Origin: Clostridia bacterium
GTDB taxonomy: Bacteria > Bacillota > Clostridia > Oscillospirales > CAG-272
Reading direction: 5' to 3'
Assembly (NCBI GenBank): GCA_017407225.1
Contig: JAFQWY010000128.1
Coordinates: forward strand, 15,365 to 79,364
DNA length: 64,000 nucleotides
Positions 35,041 to 44,620 of the stretch are shown here, in pieces. Below the pieces are notes generated by a model, which ran no database searches, was not told the DNA's origin, and saw only the letters and a program-made list of their open reading frames with translations. Each line of letters begins with the position of its first letter. The first letter of the stretch is position 1. Both the position numbers and the translations under genes were made by a program.

Positions 35041-37331
35041 TATTCTTTGCCCAGTGCGATTTTCTCGGGAGTGATGGGAAGTTCACGGTGCCAGAATCCG
35101 GTTGCGCGGTAGATGGCATGGGCAATAGCGGGCGCAGGGGTATTGATGACAATCTCCCCGATGGACTTTGCACCGAAGGGACCTGTCGGTTCGTAGCTGT
35201 GCTCAAATTCCACGTTCAGTCTGCCGATGTCCAGACGGGTGGGAAGCTTGTACTGCATGAAGGAGGACTCGATGGGACGTCCGCGGTCGTTGTAGATCAC
35301 GTTTTCCATGAGGGTGTGGCCGATGCCCTGAACCAGACCGCCTTCCGTCTGAATCCGTGCCAGTGCGGGGTTGATGGGAATACCGCAGTCCACAACGGCG
35401 GTGTAATCCAGAACCGTCACCTGGCCGGTCAGCCTGTCCAGCTCGATTTCCGCCATACCCACCATGAACGGCGGCGGAGATACGGGGGAGGAGTGGGTTA
35501 CGGTAGCTTCGGGAGCGATGGTGTTGCCCACCTGTGCACGATAAGCGATGTCGGAGATGGAAACGGTCTGATCCGAATCCTTCCGGCGGACGAATTCACC
35601 TTCAAACACGGTTTCTCCCACCGGACAGCCCATCATTTCCGCGGCAATCTGACAGATCTTCTTTTTCAGGTCTCCGCAGGCTTTTTCCACAGCCTTGCCG
35701 GTGACGTAGGTGGTGGAGGAGGCATAGGAACCGGAGTCATAGGGGGAGGCATCCGTATCCGCACCGAACACGGCGATATTGTCCACGTCGCATTCCAGAC
35801 ATTCCGCTGCCATCTGAGCCAGAATGGTGTCGCATCCCGTGCCCATATCCGCGGCGCCGATGAGAAGATTGTAGGTTCCGTCTTCGCTGAGCTTCACGGT
35901 AGCGGAGCCTACGTCCACGTTGGAGATACAGGATCCCTGCATGGCCATGGCAACACCGGCTGCACGGACTTTTCCGTTTCCCATGTCCCGGACGGGGTAT
36001 TTTTCCTCCCAGCCGAACAGGGACTTGCAGTGATCGAGACATTTATCCAGAGCGCAGGCAGATGCAGGTTCGTTGTAGTAAGCGGGCATCGTCATGCCTT
36101 CGCGTACCATGTTCTTTTCGCGGATCAGAGTGGGATCCATGCCGATCTGTTCTGCCAGTTCGTTTACGGCGGATTCTACGGCGAAAATGCCCTGTGTGGC
36201 ACCGTAACCGCGGTAGGCGCCTGCCGCCTGCAGATTGGTGTAAACTACATCATACGCAAAACGGTGTGCTTCCAGGCTTCCGGTGTACAGCGGAATGGAC
36301 TTGTGACCGGACAGACCGACGGTGGTGGGACCGTGTTCTCCGTACGCACCGGTGTTGGAGAGGGTGTACACATCGAGCGCGCGGATTGTTCCGTCCCGGT
36401 CGGCGCCCAGCTTTACGCGGATTTCCATTTCATGACGGGGGGAGCCTGCGATCTGGGATTCCTCGCGGCTGTAGATCAGCTTGGAGGGACGTCCGGTTTT
36501 CAGGGTGACGAATGCCGGATAAACCTCGCAGACCGCACTTTGCTTGGCACCGAAGCCGCCGCCGATTCTGGGCTTTTCCACGCGGATTCTGCTCTTCGGA
36601 ATGCCCAGCGCACGGGACAGGATCCGTCGGCAGTGGAACACGATCTGGCTGGACGCGATGACGTGGAGTCTGCCGTAGCGGTCCATCTCCGTATAAGTGC
36701 GGAAGGTTTCCATCATGGCCTGCTTGAAGGCTCTGGTATGGTATGTCCGTTCAAAGACAATGTCACAGTCCGCGAAAACCGCATCCACATCGCCGTCCGA
36801 GCTGACTTCGCTTGCCACCAGATTCCGCTTCGGATCGCCGCCAACTTCACAGGGGGGGAACCAGTCGTCTTCCGGGTGTACCAGATTGGGATTGTCAAGA
36901 GCGGTGCGGAAATCAAGAACCGCGGGCAGGATTTCATATTCCACCCGGATGAGCTTCATCGCTTTTTCGGCGGCTTTTTCCGTTTCAGCGGCAATGATGG
37001 CAACGGCATCTCCGACAAAACGTACATGGCGATCCAGAATCAGGCGGTCATAGGGAGAGGGCTCGGGGAAGGTCTGTCCGGCAATGGCAAACCGCTGCTT
37101 CGGAACATCCTCCCATGTGTAAATATCCACCACACCGGGAACCTTTTTCGCGATTGCGGTGTCGATCTTGCGGATCACGGCATTGGGATGGGGGGAGCGG
37201 AGGATTTTCACAACCAGTGCGTCATCGGGCGTGATATCGTCGGTGTAAACCGGTTTGCCCAGGAGAAGCTGCATGGAGTCCTTTTTCCGGACGGATTTGT
37301 TGACCGATTTGTAATTTCCGTGTTCCATCAT
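35040..37331 (-). CDS. Xanthine dehydrogenase-family molybdopterin-binding subunit
   Basis: About 763 aa with aldehyde oxidase/xanthine dehydrogenase a/b hammerhead and MoCo-binding regions (GGGFG, GQG.). Its ATG overlaps the TGA of the Fe-S subunit gene (ATGATG). Confidence 0.85.
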   Translation of the reverse strand: MMEHGNYKSVNKSVRKKDSMQLLLGKPVYTDDITPDDALVVKILRSPHPNAVIRKIDTAIAKKVPGVVDIYTWEDVPKQRFAIAGQTFPEPSPYDRLILDRHVRFVGDAVAIIAAETEKAAEKAMKLIRVEYEILPAVLDFRTALDNPNLVHPEDDWFPPCEVGGDPKRNLVASEVSSDGDVDAVFADCDIVFERTYHTRAFKQAMMETFRTYTEMDRYGRLHVIASSQIVFHCRRILSRALGIPKSRIRVEKPRIGGGFGAKQSAVCEVYPAFVTLKTGRPSKLIYSREESQIAGSPRHEMEIRVKLGADRDGTIRALDVYTLSNTGAYGEHGPTTVGLSGHKSIPLYTGSLEAHRFAYDVVYTNLQAAGAYRGYGATQGIFAVESAVNELAEQIGMDPTLIREKNMVREGMTMPAYYNEPASACALDKCLDHCKSLFGWEEKYPVRDMGNGKVRAAGVAMAMQGSCISNVDVGSATVKLSEDGTYNLLIGAADMGTGCDTILAQMAAECLECDVDNIAVFGADTDASPYDSGSYASSTTYVTGKAVEKACGDLKKKICQIAAEMMGCPVGETVFEGEFVRRKDSDQTVSISDIAYRAQVGNTIAPEATVTHSSPVSPPPFMVGMAEIELDRLTGQVTVLDYTAVVDCGIPINPALARIQTEGGLVQGIGHTLMENVIYNDRGRPIESSFMQYKLPTRLDIGRLNVEFEHSYEPTGPFGAKSIGEIVINTPAPAIAHAIYRATGFWHRELPITPEKIALGKE

Positions 37332-37795
37332 TCTCCTCCTTTGGCTTTGCGGCTGTCCAGATAACTGCGGATTCCGCGGAGCTGACCCTCGTAGCCGGAG
37401 CATCGGCAGAGATTGCCCGCCAGATAGGCTTTGATTTCGTCATCGGTGGGATCGGGATTTTCTCTTAGCAGAGCGATGGTGTTCATGACCATGCCGGGAT
37501 TGCAGAAGCCGCACTGATCCGCACCCTGATCGGCGATGAATCCCACGAAATCCGCCGCTTCTTCCTGCAGTCCTTCCAGGGTGTGAATTTCATGCCCGTC
37601 CGCGCGGACTGTGAGCATGGAGCAGGAGAGGACGGGCTTTCCGTCCATGAGCACGGTGCAGAGACCGCAGTTTGAGGTTTCGCATCCCCGTTTGACGCTG
37701 TAGCAGCCGTGATCCCTGAGAAAATCTATGAGAAGCAGATCGGGATCCACGGAAGCGGTGAGGGATCTGCCGTTGAGTTTCAGCTTAATTTCCAT
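37328..37795 (-). CDS. [2Fe-2S]-binding small subunit of the molybdenum hydroxylase
   Basis: 155 aa. C-x4-C-x2-C-x11-C plant-type cluster and the CGFC...CRCSGY second cluster. Confidence 0.9.
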   Translation of the reverse strand: MEIKLKLNGRSLTASVDPDLLLIDFLRDHGCYSVKRGCETSNCGLCTVLMDGKPVLSCSMLTVRADGHEIHTLEGLQEEAADFVGFIADQGADQCGFCNPGMVMNTIALLRENPDPTDDEIKAYLAGNLCRCSGYEGQLRGIRSYLDSRKAKGGE

Positions 37796-38585
37796 CGTTC
37801 AATCCTCCCAGTCGGATCAGATTCCGTTCGGTCAGCACCCGGATCAGGTGTGTGCGGTATTCGGCGGATGCCCGTACATTACTTCCGGTGTGCAGAGTGG
37901 ATGCGGCGTAGTCTGCAAATGCTTTTGCGGATTCTTCCCGGATACCGTCGGCAAGAATGCCGTTTTCATCCCGGACGACTGCGGCGCGGGACGGTCTTGC
38001 TCCGATCACACAGCGGATTTCTCCGCGGATGTCGGAGAGCGCGCAGGTCAGAACGGGAAAATCAGTCCGCTGAATCCGCATGGTATCGTACACGAATCTG
38101 CCGGGGATTTTCTTTACGATCAGCCGCACCAGAATATCCCGGTCGTATGGCATCTTCGCGAAGTCTTCCAGAGGCACAATGCCGCCCTTGTACAGCTCCA
38201 CGGAGGCATCCATGGCGAGGAACGCGGTCAGCACATCGGAGAATCCGAACCGTCCCCAGATACTGCCGCCGACGGTGGCCATATTGCGGAACTGTACGCC
38301 CACAATATCCTGTACCGCATCGCGGATCATGTTGTTTGTGTATGTATTCAGGCCTTCGTGAAGCTCAAGCTGACGGAGAGTAACCATGGCTCCGACGGAA
38401 AACTCGGTTTCGGTCTCGGTCACGGTGTCCAGCCCAAGATCGCACAGGTCGATGAGGGTATTCACACTGCCCCGGCTCAGCTTGTTCCAGAGCATCCCGC
38501 CGCCGATTCGGTTCCGCCGGTTCTGATTCAGCTGCCAGGCTTCTTCAAGGCTGGAGGGCCGGATGTATTTCTGTATGGTAATCAT
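37785..38585 (-). CDS. FAD-binding (CoxM/XdhB-like) subunit of the molybdenum hydroxylase
   Basis: The start was chosen at ATG 38585 (AGGAG 6 nt upstream). GGGM/ATVGGS FAD-binding PCMH-type motifs. It overlaps the next gene by 11 nt. Confidence 0.8.
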   Translation of the reverse strand: MITIQKYIRPSSLEEAWQLNQNRRNRIGGGMLWNKLSRGSVNTLIDLCDLGLDTVTETETEFSVGAMVTLRQLELHEGLNTYTNNMIRDAVQDIVGVQFRNMATVGGSIWGRFGFSDVLTAFLAMDASVELYKGGIVPLEDFAKMPYDRDILVRLIVKKIPGRFVYDTMRIQRTDFPVLTCALSDIRGEIRCVIGARPSRAAVVRDENGILADGIREESAKAFADYAASTLHTGSNVRASAEYRTHLIRVLTERNLIRLGGLNDGN

Positions 38586-38627
38586 ATTGTACTCCTGTTG
38601 GGATAATTGCATATTCAATCAATTTAT

Positions 38628-38656
38628 ATTATATCAGAATGGGTTGATTTTGACAA
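38628..38656 (-). promoter_or_regulatory. Sigma-A-type promoter of the Mo-hydroxylase operon
   Basis: Minus strand: TTGTCA-17 nt-TATAAT. Its -35 region interlocks with that of the divergent ABC promoter. Confidence 0.6.
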
Positions 38657-38672
38657 GATGAAATGGTATAAT
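38644..38672 (+). promoter_or_regulatory. Sigma-A-type promoter of the ABC importer / MocA-fusion / GH42-like operon
   Basis: TTGATT-17 nt-TATAAT. Confidence 0.55.
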
Positions 38673-38706
38673 TCTGTTGCAAGATAACATTTTCAGGAGG
38701 ACTATC

Positions 38707-39720
38707 ATGAAAAAACTGATTTCCGTGCTGCTTCTGGCGGCGATGTGTGCCGGACTGACAGCCTGCGGACAGAACGATCCCGCAGAGAGCGGCATTCCGG
38801 ACGGATATTATCCCATCACCGTAACCGACCAGGCAGGCCGTGAGGTTGTGATCGAGGACGAACCGGAAAAGCTGGTCAGCGGTTACTATATTTCCACCAG
38901 TGCCGTTATCGCGCTGGATCTGGATTCAAAAATGGTGGGCATCGAAGCGAAGGCTGACAAGCGTGCCATCTACTCCCTCAGCGCTCCCGAACTGATTGAA
39001 CTGCCCAGCGTTGGTTCTGCCAAGGAATTCAATCTGGAAGGCTGTGCGGCTCTGGAGCCGGATCTGGTCATCCTGCCTCTGAAGCTGAAGGATGCGGCGG
39101 AAACGCTCACTTCTCTGGGAATTGACGTTCTGCTGGTAAATCCCGAAAATACGGAACTTCTGAACGGAATGGTCGACCTGATCGCCGATGCGGCCGGTGT
39201 GCCGGACAGAGCGGATGCTCTTCTTGCTTTCACGAAAACTCAGAAAAATACCCTTGCCGACAAGCTGAAGGGCACTGATACTCCCAGTGTGTATCTGGCA
39301 GGCAACTCCTCCATGCTGTCCACGGCGGGCGATGCCATGTATCAGTCCGACATGATCCGAAATGCAGGCGGTGTCAACGCGGCTTCCGAAATCACCGACA
39401 CCTACTGGGCGGAGATCAGCTACGAACAGCTTCTGGCGTGGAATCCGGACTATATCATTCTGGCATCCGACGCGGACTACTCCGTGGACGATGTGCTGGC
39501 GGATCCCAATCTGGCGGGATGCGCGGCTGTTGAGAACGGCAATGTGTACCGGATTCCCGATAAGGCGGAAGCATGGGACAGCCCCGTTCCCAGCGGTATT
39601 TTAGGCTCCGTATGGCTGGCAGGTGTGCTCCATCCCGAACTCTGCACCGAAGCGGATACCGCAGCCGTCATCGACGAATACTATACGACCTTCTATGACT
39701 TTGTTTACAGTGAAAAATAA
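38707..39720 (+). CDS. ABC transporter substrate-binding lipoprotein, FecB/BtuF (cluster A, siderophore/heme/cobalamin) type
   Basis: Lipobox LLAAMCAGLTAC. Periplasmic-binding-protein type 2 pattern. RBS AGGAGG. Confidence 0.85.
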   Translation: MKKLISVLLLAAMCAGLTACGQNDPAESGIPDGYYPITVTDQAGREVVIEDEPEKLVSGYYISTSAVIALDLDSKMVGIEAKADKRAIYSLSAPELIELPSVGSAKEFNLEGCAALEPDLVILPLKLKDAAETLTSLGIDVLLVNPENTELLNGMVDLIADAAGVPDRADALLAFTKTQKNTLADKLKGTDTPSVYLAGNSSMLSTAGDAMYQSDMIRNAGGVNAASEITDTYWAEISYEQLLAWNPDYIILASDADYSVDDVLADPNLAGCAAVENGNVYRIPDKAEAWDSPVPSGILGSVWLAGVLHPELCTEADTAAVIDEYYTTFYDFVYSEK

Positions 39721-40675
39721 AGGAATCTGCACAGCCGGGGTGATCTTACTGATTGTCCTGGCTGCTGTCAGTTTGTTTGTGGGAAAATACCCGCTGGAGC
39801 TGCCGAAGATTCTTGCGGGGGAGGAGATGCAGGTGCGGATTTTCCTCACGCTCCGTCTCAGCCGGACAATTGTCGGCATTATAGGAGGCTTTGCGCTTGG
39901 TGCGGCTGGATTTGTGTATCAGACCGTGTTCCGCAATCCGCTGGCATCTCCTGACATCATTGGCGTATCGTCCGGAGCCAGTGCAGGTGCGGCTGCCGGG
40001 ATTCTGTTTCTGTCGGGTACGGCAGCGGTGACGGCATCCGCATTTCTCGGGGCGCTTACGGCAGTGGTGATCGCACTTGCGCTTGCTTCCCTTGACCGAT
40101 CCGGGAAGAGCGGCACCATTGTCCTTGCGGGAATCGCCGTGCATGCCCTTGCCCAGACCGTGCTGATGTGTCTGAAACTGACTGCCGATCCGGAGAGGGA
40201 GCTTGCCTCCATTGAATACTGGATCATGGGCAGTCTCAGCGGGGTCAGCGGCTACTCCATGATGGGGAATGTGATTCTGTGTGCGGTATGCCTTGCCGTT
40301 CTGTTCCTGCTCCACCGCCAGACGGTACTTCTGTCTGCTGAGGAAGGGGAAGCACGGATGCTTGGCGTCAGCGTGGGCAGACTGCGCCTGCTGATCCTGC
40401 TGACCGCGACTCTGACTGTGGCAGCTGTGGTCAGTCTTACGGGACTGGTCAGCTTTGTGGGACTTCTGGCTCCCCACTGCGCACGGCTTCTTCTGAAGCA
40501 CAACCGGATCTCAGCCATGGCGCTCAGCGGAATTCTCGGCGGATGTCTGCTGACAGCGGCGGATATTCTGGCACGGAGCGCAGCCGAGACGGAACTGCCT
40601 GTCAGCATTTTTACCAGTCTGCTGGGGGCACCGTTCCTGATTTACCTGATTCTGAAAGGACGGCGTGAGACATGA
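39695..40675 (+). CDS. FecCD-family ABC permease
   Basis: Polytopic membrane protein with a FecCD/BtuC pattern. The start is ATG 39695 or GTG 39709, overlapping the end of the SBP gene. Confidence 0.85.
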   Translation: MTLFTVKNKGICTAGVILLIVLAAVSLFVGKYPLELPKILAGEEMQVRIFLTLRLSRTIVGIIGGFALGAAGFVYQTVFRNPLASPDIIGVSSGASAGAAAGILFLSGTAAVTASAFLGALTAVVIALALASLDRSGKSGTIVLAGIAVHALAQTVLMCLKLTADPERELASIEYWIMGSLSGVSGYSMMGNVILCAVCLAVLFLLHRQTVLLSAEEGEARMLGVSVGRLRLLILLTATLTVAAVVSLTGLVSFVGLLAPHCARLLLKHNRISAMALSGILGGCLLTAADILARSAAETELPVSIFTSLLGAPFLIYLILKGRRET

Positions 40676-41469
40676 GCTTTGTACAGATCCGTGATCTGTC
40701 TGCCGGCTACAGCGGTAAAACGATACTGAACAATATCTCCTTTTCGATGGAATCCGGTGAGATTGTGGGAGTTCTCGGAGCCAACGGCAGCGGAAAAACC
40801 ACGCTTCTGAAGGCAGTCTGCGGAATTCTGCCCCACAGAGGACAATGCACCGTGGACGGAGCGACTCTGGAAGGACTTCCGCCGAAGAAACTGGGGCGGC
40901 TGTGCGGTTATATTCCCCAGCGGAGCGGTATTTCCATTGACATTTCCGTACTGGACGTGGTTCTGATGGGATTCAATCCGATGCTGGGACTGCTGGAACA
41001 TCCCACCGCTGCAATGAAAAAACGTGCGGCTGCGATGCTTGCCGAAACCGGACTGGCAGGGAAAGAAAACGAAAACTATCTTCAGCTCAGTGAGGGGCAG
41101 AAGCAGCTGTGCGTTCTGGCGCGGGCGCTTGTTTCCGACGGGAAACTGCTTCTTCTGGACGAACCGGAGAGCGCACTGGATTTCCGGCACCGCAGGACTG
41201 CATTTGATCTGCTGAAACGGCAGACGGCGGAGAAAAACCGTACGGTACTGGTGACTCTTCATGATCCGAATCTTGCGCTGAACCGGTGTGATCGTCTGAT
41301 TCTTCTCTGTGAAGGACGGATTTCTGCGATCCTGTCACCGGGCAGTGATTCTGAAAAGCATATGGCGGACGAGCTGTCGAAGATCTACGGCCCCGTGAGC
41401 CTGCACCGGGTGAAGGACGGCCGCGGACACGATCGGCTCGTGATGATCGGGGAGGACAACTATGACTGA
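40672..41469 (+). CDS. ABC transporter ATP-binding protein (FecE/BtuD type)
   Basis: Walker A GANGSGKTT, signature LSEGQKQ, Walker B LLLLDEP. ATGA start/stop overlap with the permease gene. Confidence 0.9.
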   Translation: MSFVQIRDLSAGYSGKTILNNISFSMESGEIVGVLGANGSGKTTLLKAVCGILPHRGQCTVDGATLEGLPPKKLGRLCGYIPQRSGISIDISVLDVVLMGFNPMLGLLEHPTAAMKKRAAAMLAETGLAGKENENYLQLSEGQKQLCVLARALVSDGKLLLLDEPESALDFRHRRTAFDLLKRQTAEKNRTVLVTLHDPNLALNRCDRLILLCEGRISAILSPGSDSEKHMADELSKIYGPVSLHRVKDGRGHDRLVMIGEDNYD

Positions 41470-42550
41470 ATACCTGACTGCGCGGGCTGTACGGCGTGCT
41501 TTTGAAGAGAGCGGAAAGCGGCACCTGATTCTCACCGGCGGACGGAAATCCGGAAAAACCACCCTGATGCGGGCGCTGTGTCCCGGAATTCTGCCGGGCG
41601 TGACCACATGGGCGGTACCCCACTCAGCAGCTTACCTGCAGGACAACATGACCGGAGAGACGGTGCAGATCGGAGTATTTGACGAATCTTTGCCGGGGCC
41701 GGAAAACCGGATGCGCATGAGGAAGGATGGTTTTCTCACGGCCGGGATCACCGCACTGAAGCGATCTGCGGAGAACGAATGGCTGACTGTGGATGAAATC
41801 GGATATCTGGAGACGGAATGTGAGGAATACTGTGCCGCTTTGGGGGATGCACTGGAGCATCAGCGGGTGATCGCTGTCGTCCGGAAGCAGGAGATCCCGT
41901 TTCTCACGGAAATTCTGGGGCGGGATGATGTGTTTGCGGTGGATCTGGATGATCCGTACGGAAAACCGGGATGTGTGATCATGGCGTCGGGGATGGGAAA
42001 ACGCTTTTCCCCGGACGGGTCCGTGAACAAGCTGACCGCGGATTTTCTGGGGCACCCTCTGATCCGATGTGTGTCTGACACCACGGAAGGGTTGTTTCAC
42101 CGCCGTGTCGTTGTCACCCGCCATCGGGATGTTGCTGTGCTGTGCGCAGAGAACGAGGTAATCTTCCATGATCTGCCCCACCGCAGCGATACGGTCAGAC
42201 TGGGCACCGAAGCCATGGCGGATACGGACTGCTGTCTGTTCTGTCAGGGGGATCAGCCGCTGATTGAACGGGACACCATCTCAGCCATGCTGCTTCTGTC
42301 GAAACACGACCGTGAGTCCATCATCCGGGCATCCCGGGGCGGAAATGCGGCGTCTCCCGTGTTGTTTCCGCGATGGGCGTATGAGGAACTGAAGAATCTT
42401 CCGGAAGGGAAGGGCGGCGGCTGGCTCGCGAAAAAATACCCCGACCGGGTTAAAACTTTGAATGTATTTCATCCTGCGGAGCTGATGGATGCGGATGCTC
42501 CGTCGGATCTGGATGAACTTGAAGAGATTTACAGGGAGGAACTGTCATGA
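41462..42550 (+). CDS. Fusion of a P-loop NTPase (THEP1/YqeC-like) and a MobA/MocA-like molybdenum-cofactor nucleotidyltransferase
   Basis: The N-terminal half has LILTGGRKSGKTTL and DEIG (Walker A/B). The C-terminal half has VIMASGMGKRF...K as in MocA/MobA NTP-transferases. It overlaps both neighbouring genes. Confidence 0.6.
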   Translation: MTEYLTARAVRRAFEESGKRHLILTGGRKSGKTTLMRALCPGILPGVTTWAVPHSAAYLQDNMTGETVQIGVFDESLPGPENRMRMRKDGFLTAGITALKRSAENEWLTVDEIGYLETECEEYCAALGDALEHQRVIAVVRKQEIPFLTEILGRDDVFAVDLDDPYGKPGCVIMASGMGKRFSPDGSVNKLTADFLGHPLIRCVSDTTEGLFHRRVVVTRHRDVAVLCAENEVIFHDLPHRSDTVRLGTEAMADTDCCLFCQGDQPLIERDTISAMLLLSKHDRESIIRASRGGNAASPVLFPRWAYEELKNLPEGKGGGWLAKKYPDRVKTLNVFHPAELMDADAPSDLDELEEIYREELS

Positions 42551-44571
42551 AGAAGTATTGGTTTATAGACTGCCTGCGCAGAAATCTTGTTGATATGCAT
42601 ATCGACGACTGGAACGAGGACTTTCTGTCACGGTTTGATCCTGCGGAATATGTGGAGAACCTGAAAAAAGCGCACATCCAGGCTCCCATGCTGTATCTGC
42701 AGTCCCATGCCGGACACTGCTACTGGCCCACCGTATCCGGGCATATGCACCGTTCATTTGCGGGATGTGAGGACAAAATGCGTACCCTTGAGGAGCTGTG
42801 TCACAGAGAGGGCATGAAGGTGGTTGGCTACTACAGCCTGATCTACAACACATATGAAGAAGACCGGCATCCCCAGTGGCGTATTGTCAGCGCACCGGAC
42901 GGAACCTCGGCAAGACAGCGAGGCGGACGTTACGGTCACTGCTGTCCCAACAATCCAGGTTACCGTGCGTTTGTGCTGGAACAGATCCGGGAAATGGCGG
43001 AATACTTCACCGTGGACGGAATGTTCTACGATATGACTTTCTGGCCGTCGGTTTGCCTGTGCGAACACTGCCGTGCGCGGTACAGACAGGCGACAGGCCG
43101 AGAGGAATTCCCGGCAGTCAACTGGAACGATCCCGCATGGCTGCAGTTCCAGAATCTTCGGGTGCAGTGGATGGGGGAATTCGCACGTCTTGTGACCGAC
43201 GAAACCAAACGTCTCATGCCCGGATGCACCGTGGAGCACAATTATGCCAATGCCGTGGCGGATAACAGCTCCCTCTGCTGTTCCACGGAGCTGGTCAATG
43301 ATGCCTGCGACTACACCGGCGGGGATCTGTACGGCGATCTCTACAACCATTCCTTCACGGCCAAGTATTACTACGGCGTGACGAAGAATCCGCCGCTGGA
43401 ATATATGACCTGTCGGTGCGACCGGTCTCTTTCCGTGCACACCAACTCCAAGACGGAGGAGCATCTGGCAGTGGAAGTGATGCTGACGGCGGCTCATCAC
43501 GGCGCCTCCTTTATTATCGACGCCATCGACCCCGTTGGTACCCTGGACAGAAGAGTGTACGAGCGCGTGGGCAGAGTATTTGAGCGGCAGATACCCTATG
43601 AACCCTATTTCCGCGGGGATATGGTACAGGATGTGGGTGTGTGCTACTCCACAACGGGGCGGTACAATACCCGTGGTCTGCCTGTCACGAACAAAACCTG
43701 TGCCGTTGCCCTGACCCGTACCCTGATTGAAGAAAACGTCCCGGTGGGTGTGATTGCCAATACCCATCTGGATTCCATCGGCGGATACCGCATGGTGTTC
43801 GCACCCCATATCGCCGGTCTGAGTGACGAGAACCGTGCGGCACTGGCGGATTATGTGAAGACCGGCGGTGTGCTGTATCTGTCGGGTGCGGAGGACAGGG
43901 ATCTGCTGAAGCTGCTTCTGGACGCTGAGCTGACCGGGTATACCGAGGAAAACGCGGTCTATATGGCACCCACAGCGGACGGTCAGCAGTATTTCGGACA
44001 GTTCAATGCCGATTATCCGTTCCCGGCGGAGATGAGTCTGCCGATACTTTCGTTTGACTCCGACGTTGCGGTGCTGGCGAAAATGACCATGCCCTACACG
44101 AAGCCTTCCGAAAGACGCTTTGCCTCCATTCACTCCAATCCTCCCGGAATTCCCACCGAAATTCCTGCCATGGTCATGCGGAAGCTGGGAAATGGGACGG
44201 TGATCTGGTCGGCGTGTCCCATTGAGAATGACGGCAGACGGAGTCATAAATCCGTCATCCGGGCACTCCTGAACCGGTTTGCGGATCCGGATTCCTTCAG
44301 TGTGCGGTCCGATGCGCCCCGTCAGGTGGAACTGGTCACATTCCGGGATGGCGGAGAAACACTGATCAGTGCAGTGGATCTTCTCTGCACCGACGAGCTG
44401 CTTCCCGTCAGATCCTTTGAGATTGCGGTCAGATGTGAAAAGCCCGCGGAGATTGTCCGGATCGGCGGACGCGAGCGTAAGGATGAGAGTGTACCCTTCA
44501 CTTATGAAAATGGATATGCACATTTCCGCTGCGACGGACTGGTGATGTTCGATATGTGGAAAATCCGGTAA
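42547..44571 (+). CDS. Putative GH42-like glycosidase (TIM barrel plus trimerisation-like domain)
   Basis: 674 aa. It has a C-x-C-x-x-C cluster (VCLCEHC) preceded by HCC, reminiscent of the GH42 zinc site. No signal peptide. The function is inferred only weakly. Confidence 0.45.
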   Translation: MKKYWFIDCLRRNLVDMHIDDWNEDFLSRFDPAEYVENLKKAHIQAPMLYLQSHAGHCYWPTVSGHMHRSFAGCEDKMRTLEELCHREGMKVVGYYSLIYNTYEEDRHPQWRIVSAPDGTSARQRGGRYGHCCPNNPGYRAFVLEQIREMAEYFTVDGMFYDMTFWPSVCLCEHCRARYRQATGREEFPAVNWNDPAWLQFQNLRVQWMGEFARLVTDETKRLMPGCTVEHNYANAVADNSSLCCSTELVNDACDYTGGDLYGDLYNHSFTAKYYYGVTKNPPLEYMTCRCDRSLSVHTNSKTEEHLAVEVMLTAAHHGASFIIDAIDPVGTLDRRVYERVGRVFERQIPYEPYFRGDMVQDVGVCYSTTGRYNTRGLPVTNKTCAVALTRTLIEENVPVGVIANTHLDSIGGYRMVFAPHIAGLSDENRAALADYVKTGGVLYLSGAEDRDLLKLLLDAELTGYTEENAVYMAPTADGQQYFGQFNADYPFPAEMSLPILSFDSDVAVLAKMTMPYTKPSERRFASIHSNPPGIPTEIPAMVMRKLGNGTVIWSACPIENDGRRSHKSVIRALLNRFADPDSFSVRSDAPRQVELVTFRDGGETLISAVDLLCTDELLPVRSFEIAVRCEKPAEIVRIGGRERKDESVPFTYENGYAHFRCDGLVMFDMWKIR

Positions 44572-44575
44572 AACA

Positions 44576-44619
44576 AAAAAGGACTGTTGCAAGTAGTGAA
44601 AGTGCAGCAGTCCCTTTTC
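44576..44619. terminator. Bidirectional terminator between the GH42-like gene and araC-family gene
   Basis: AAAAAGGACTGTTGCA ... TGCAGCAGTCCTTTT stem with one wobble pair. Confidence 0.75.
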
Positions 44620-44620
44620 C

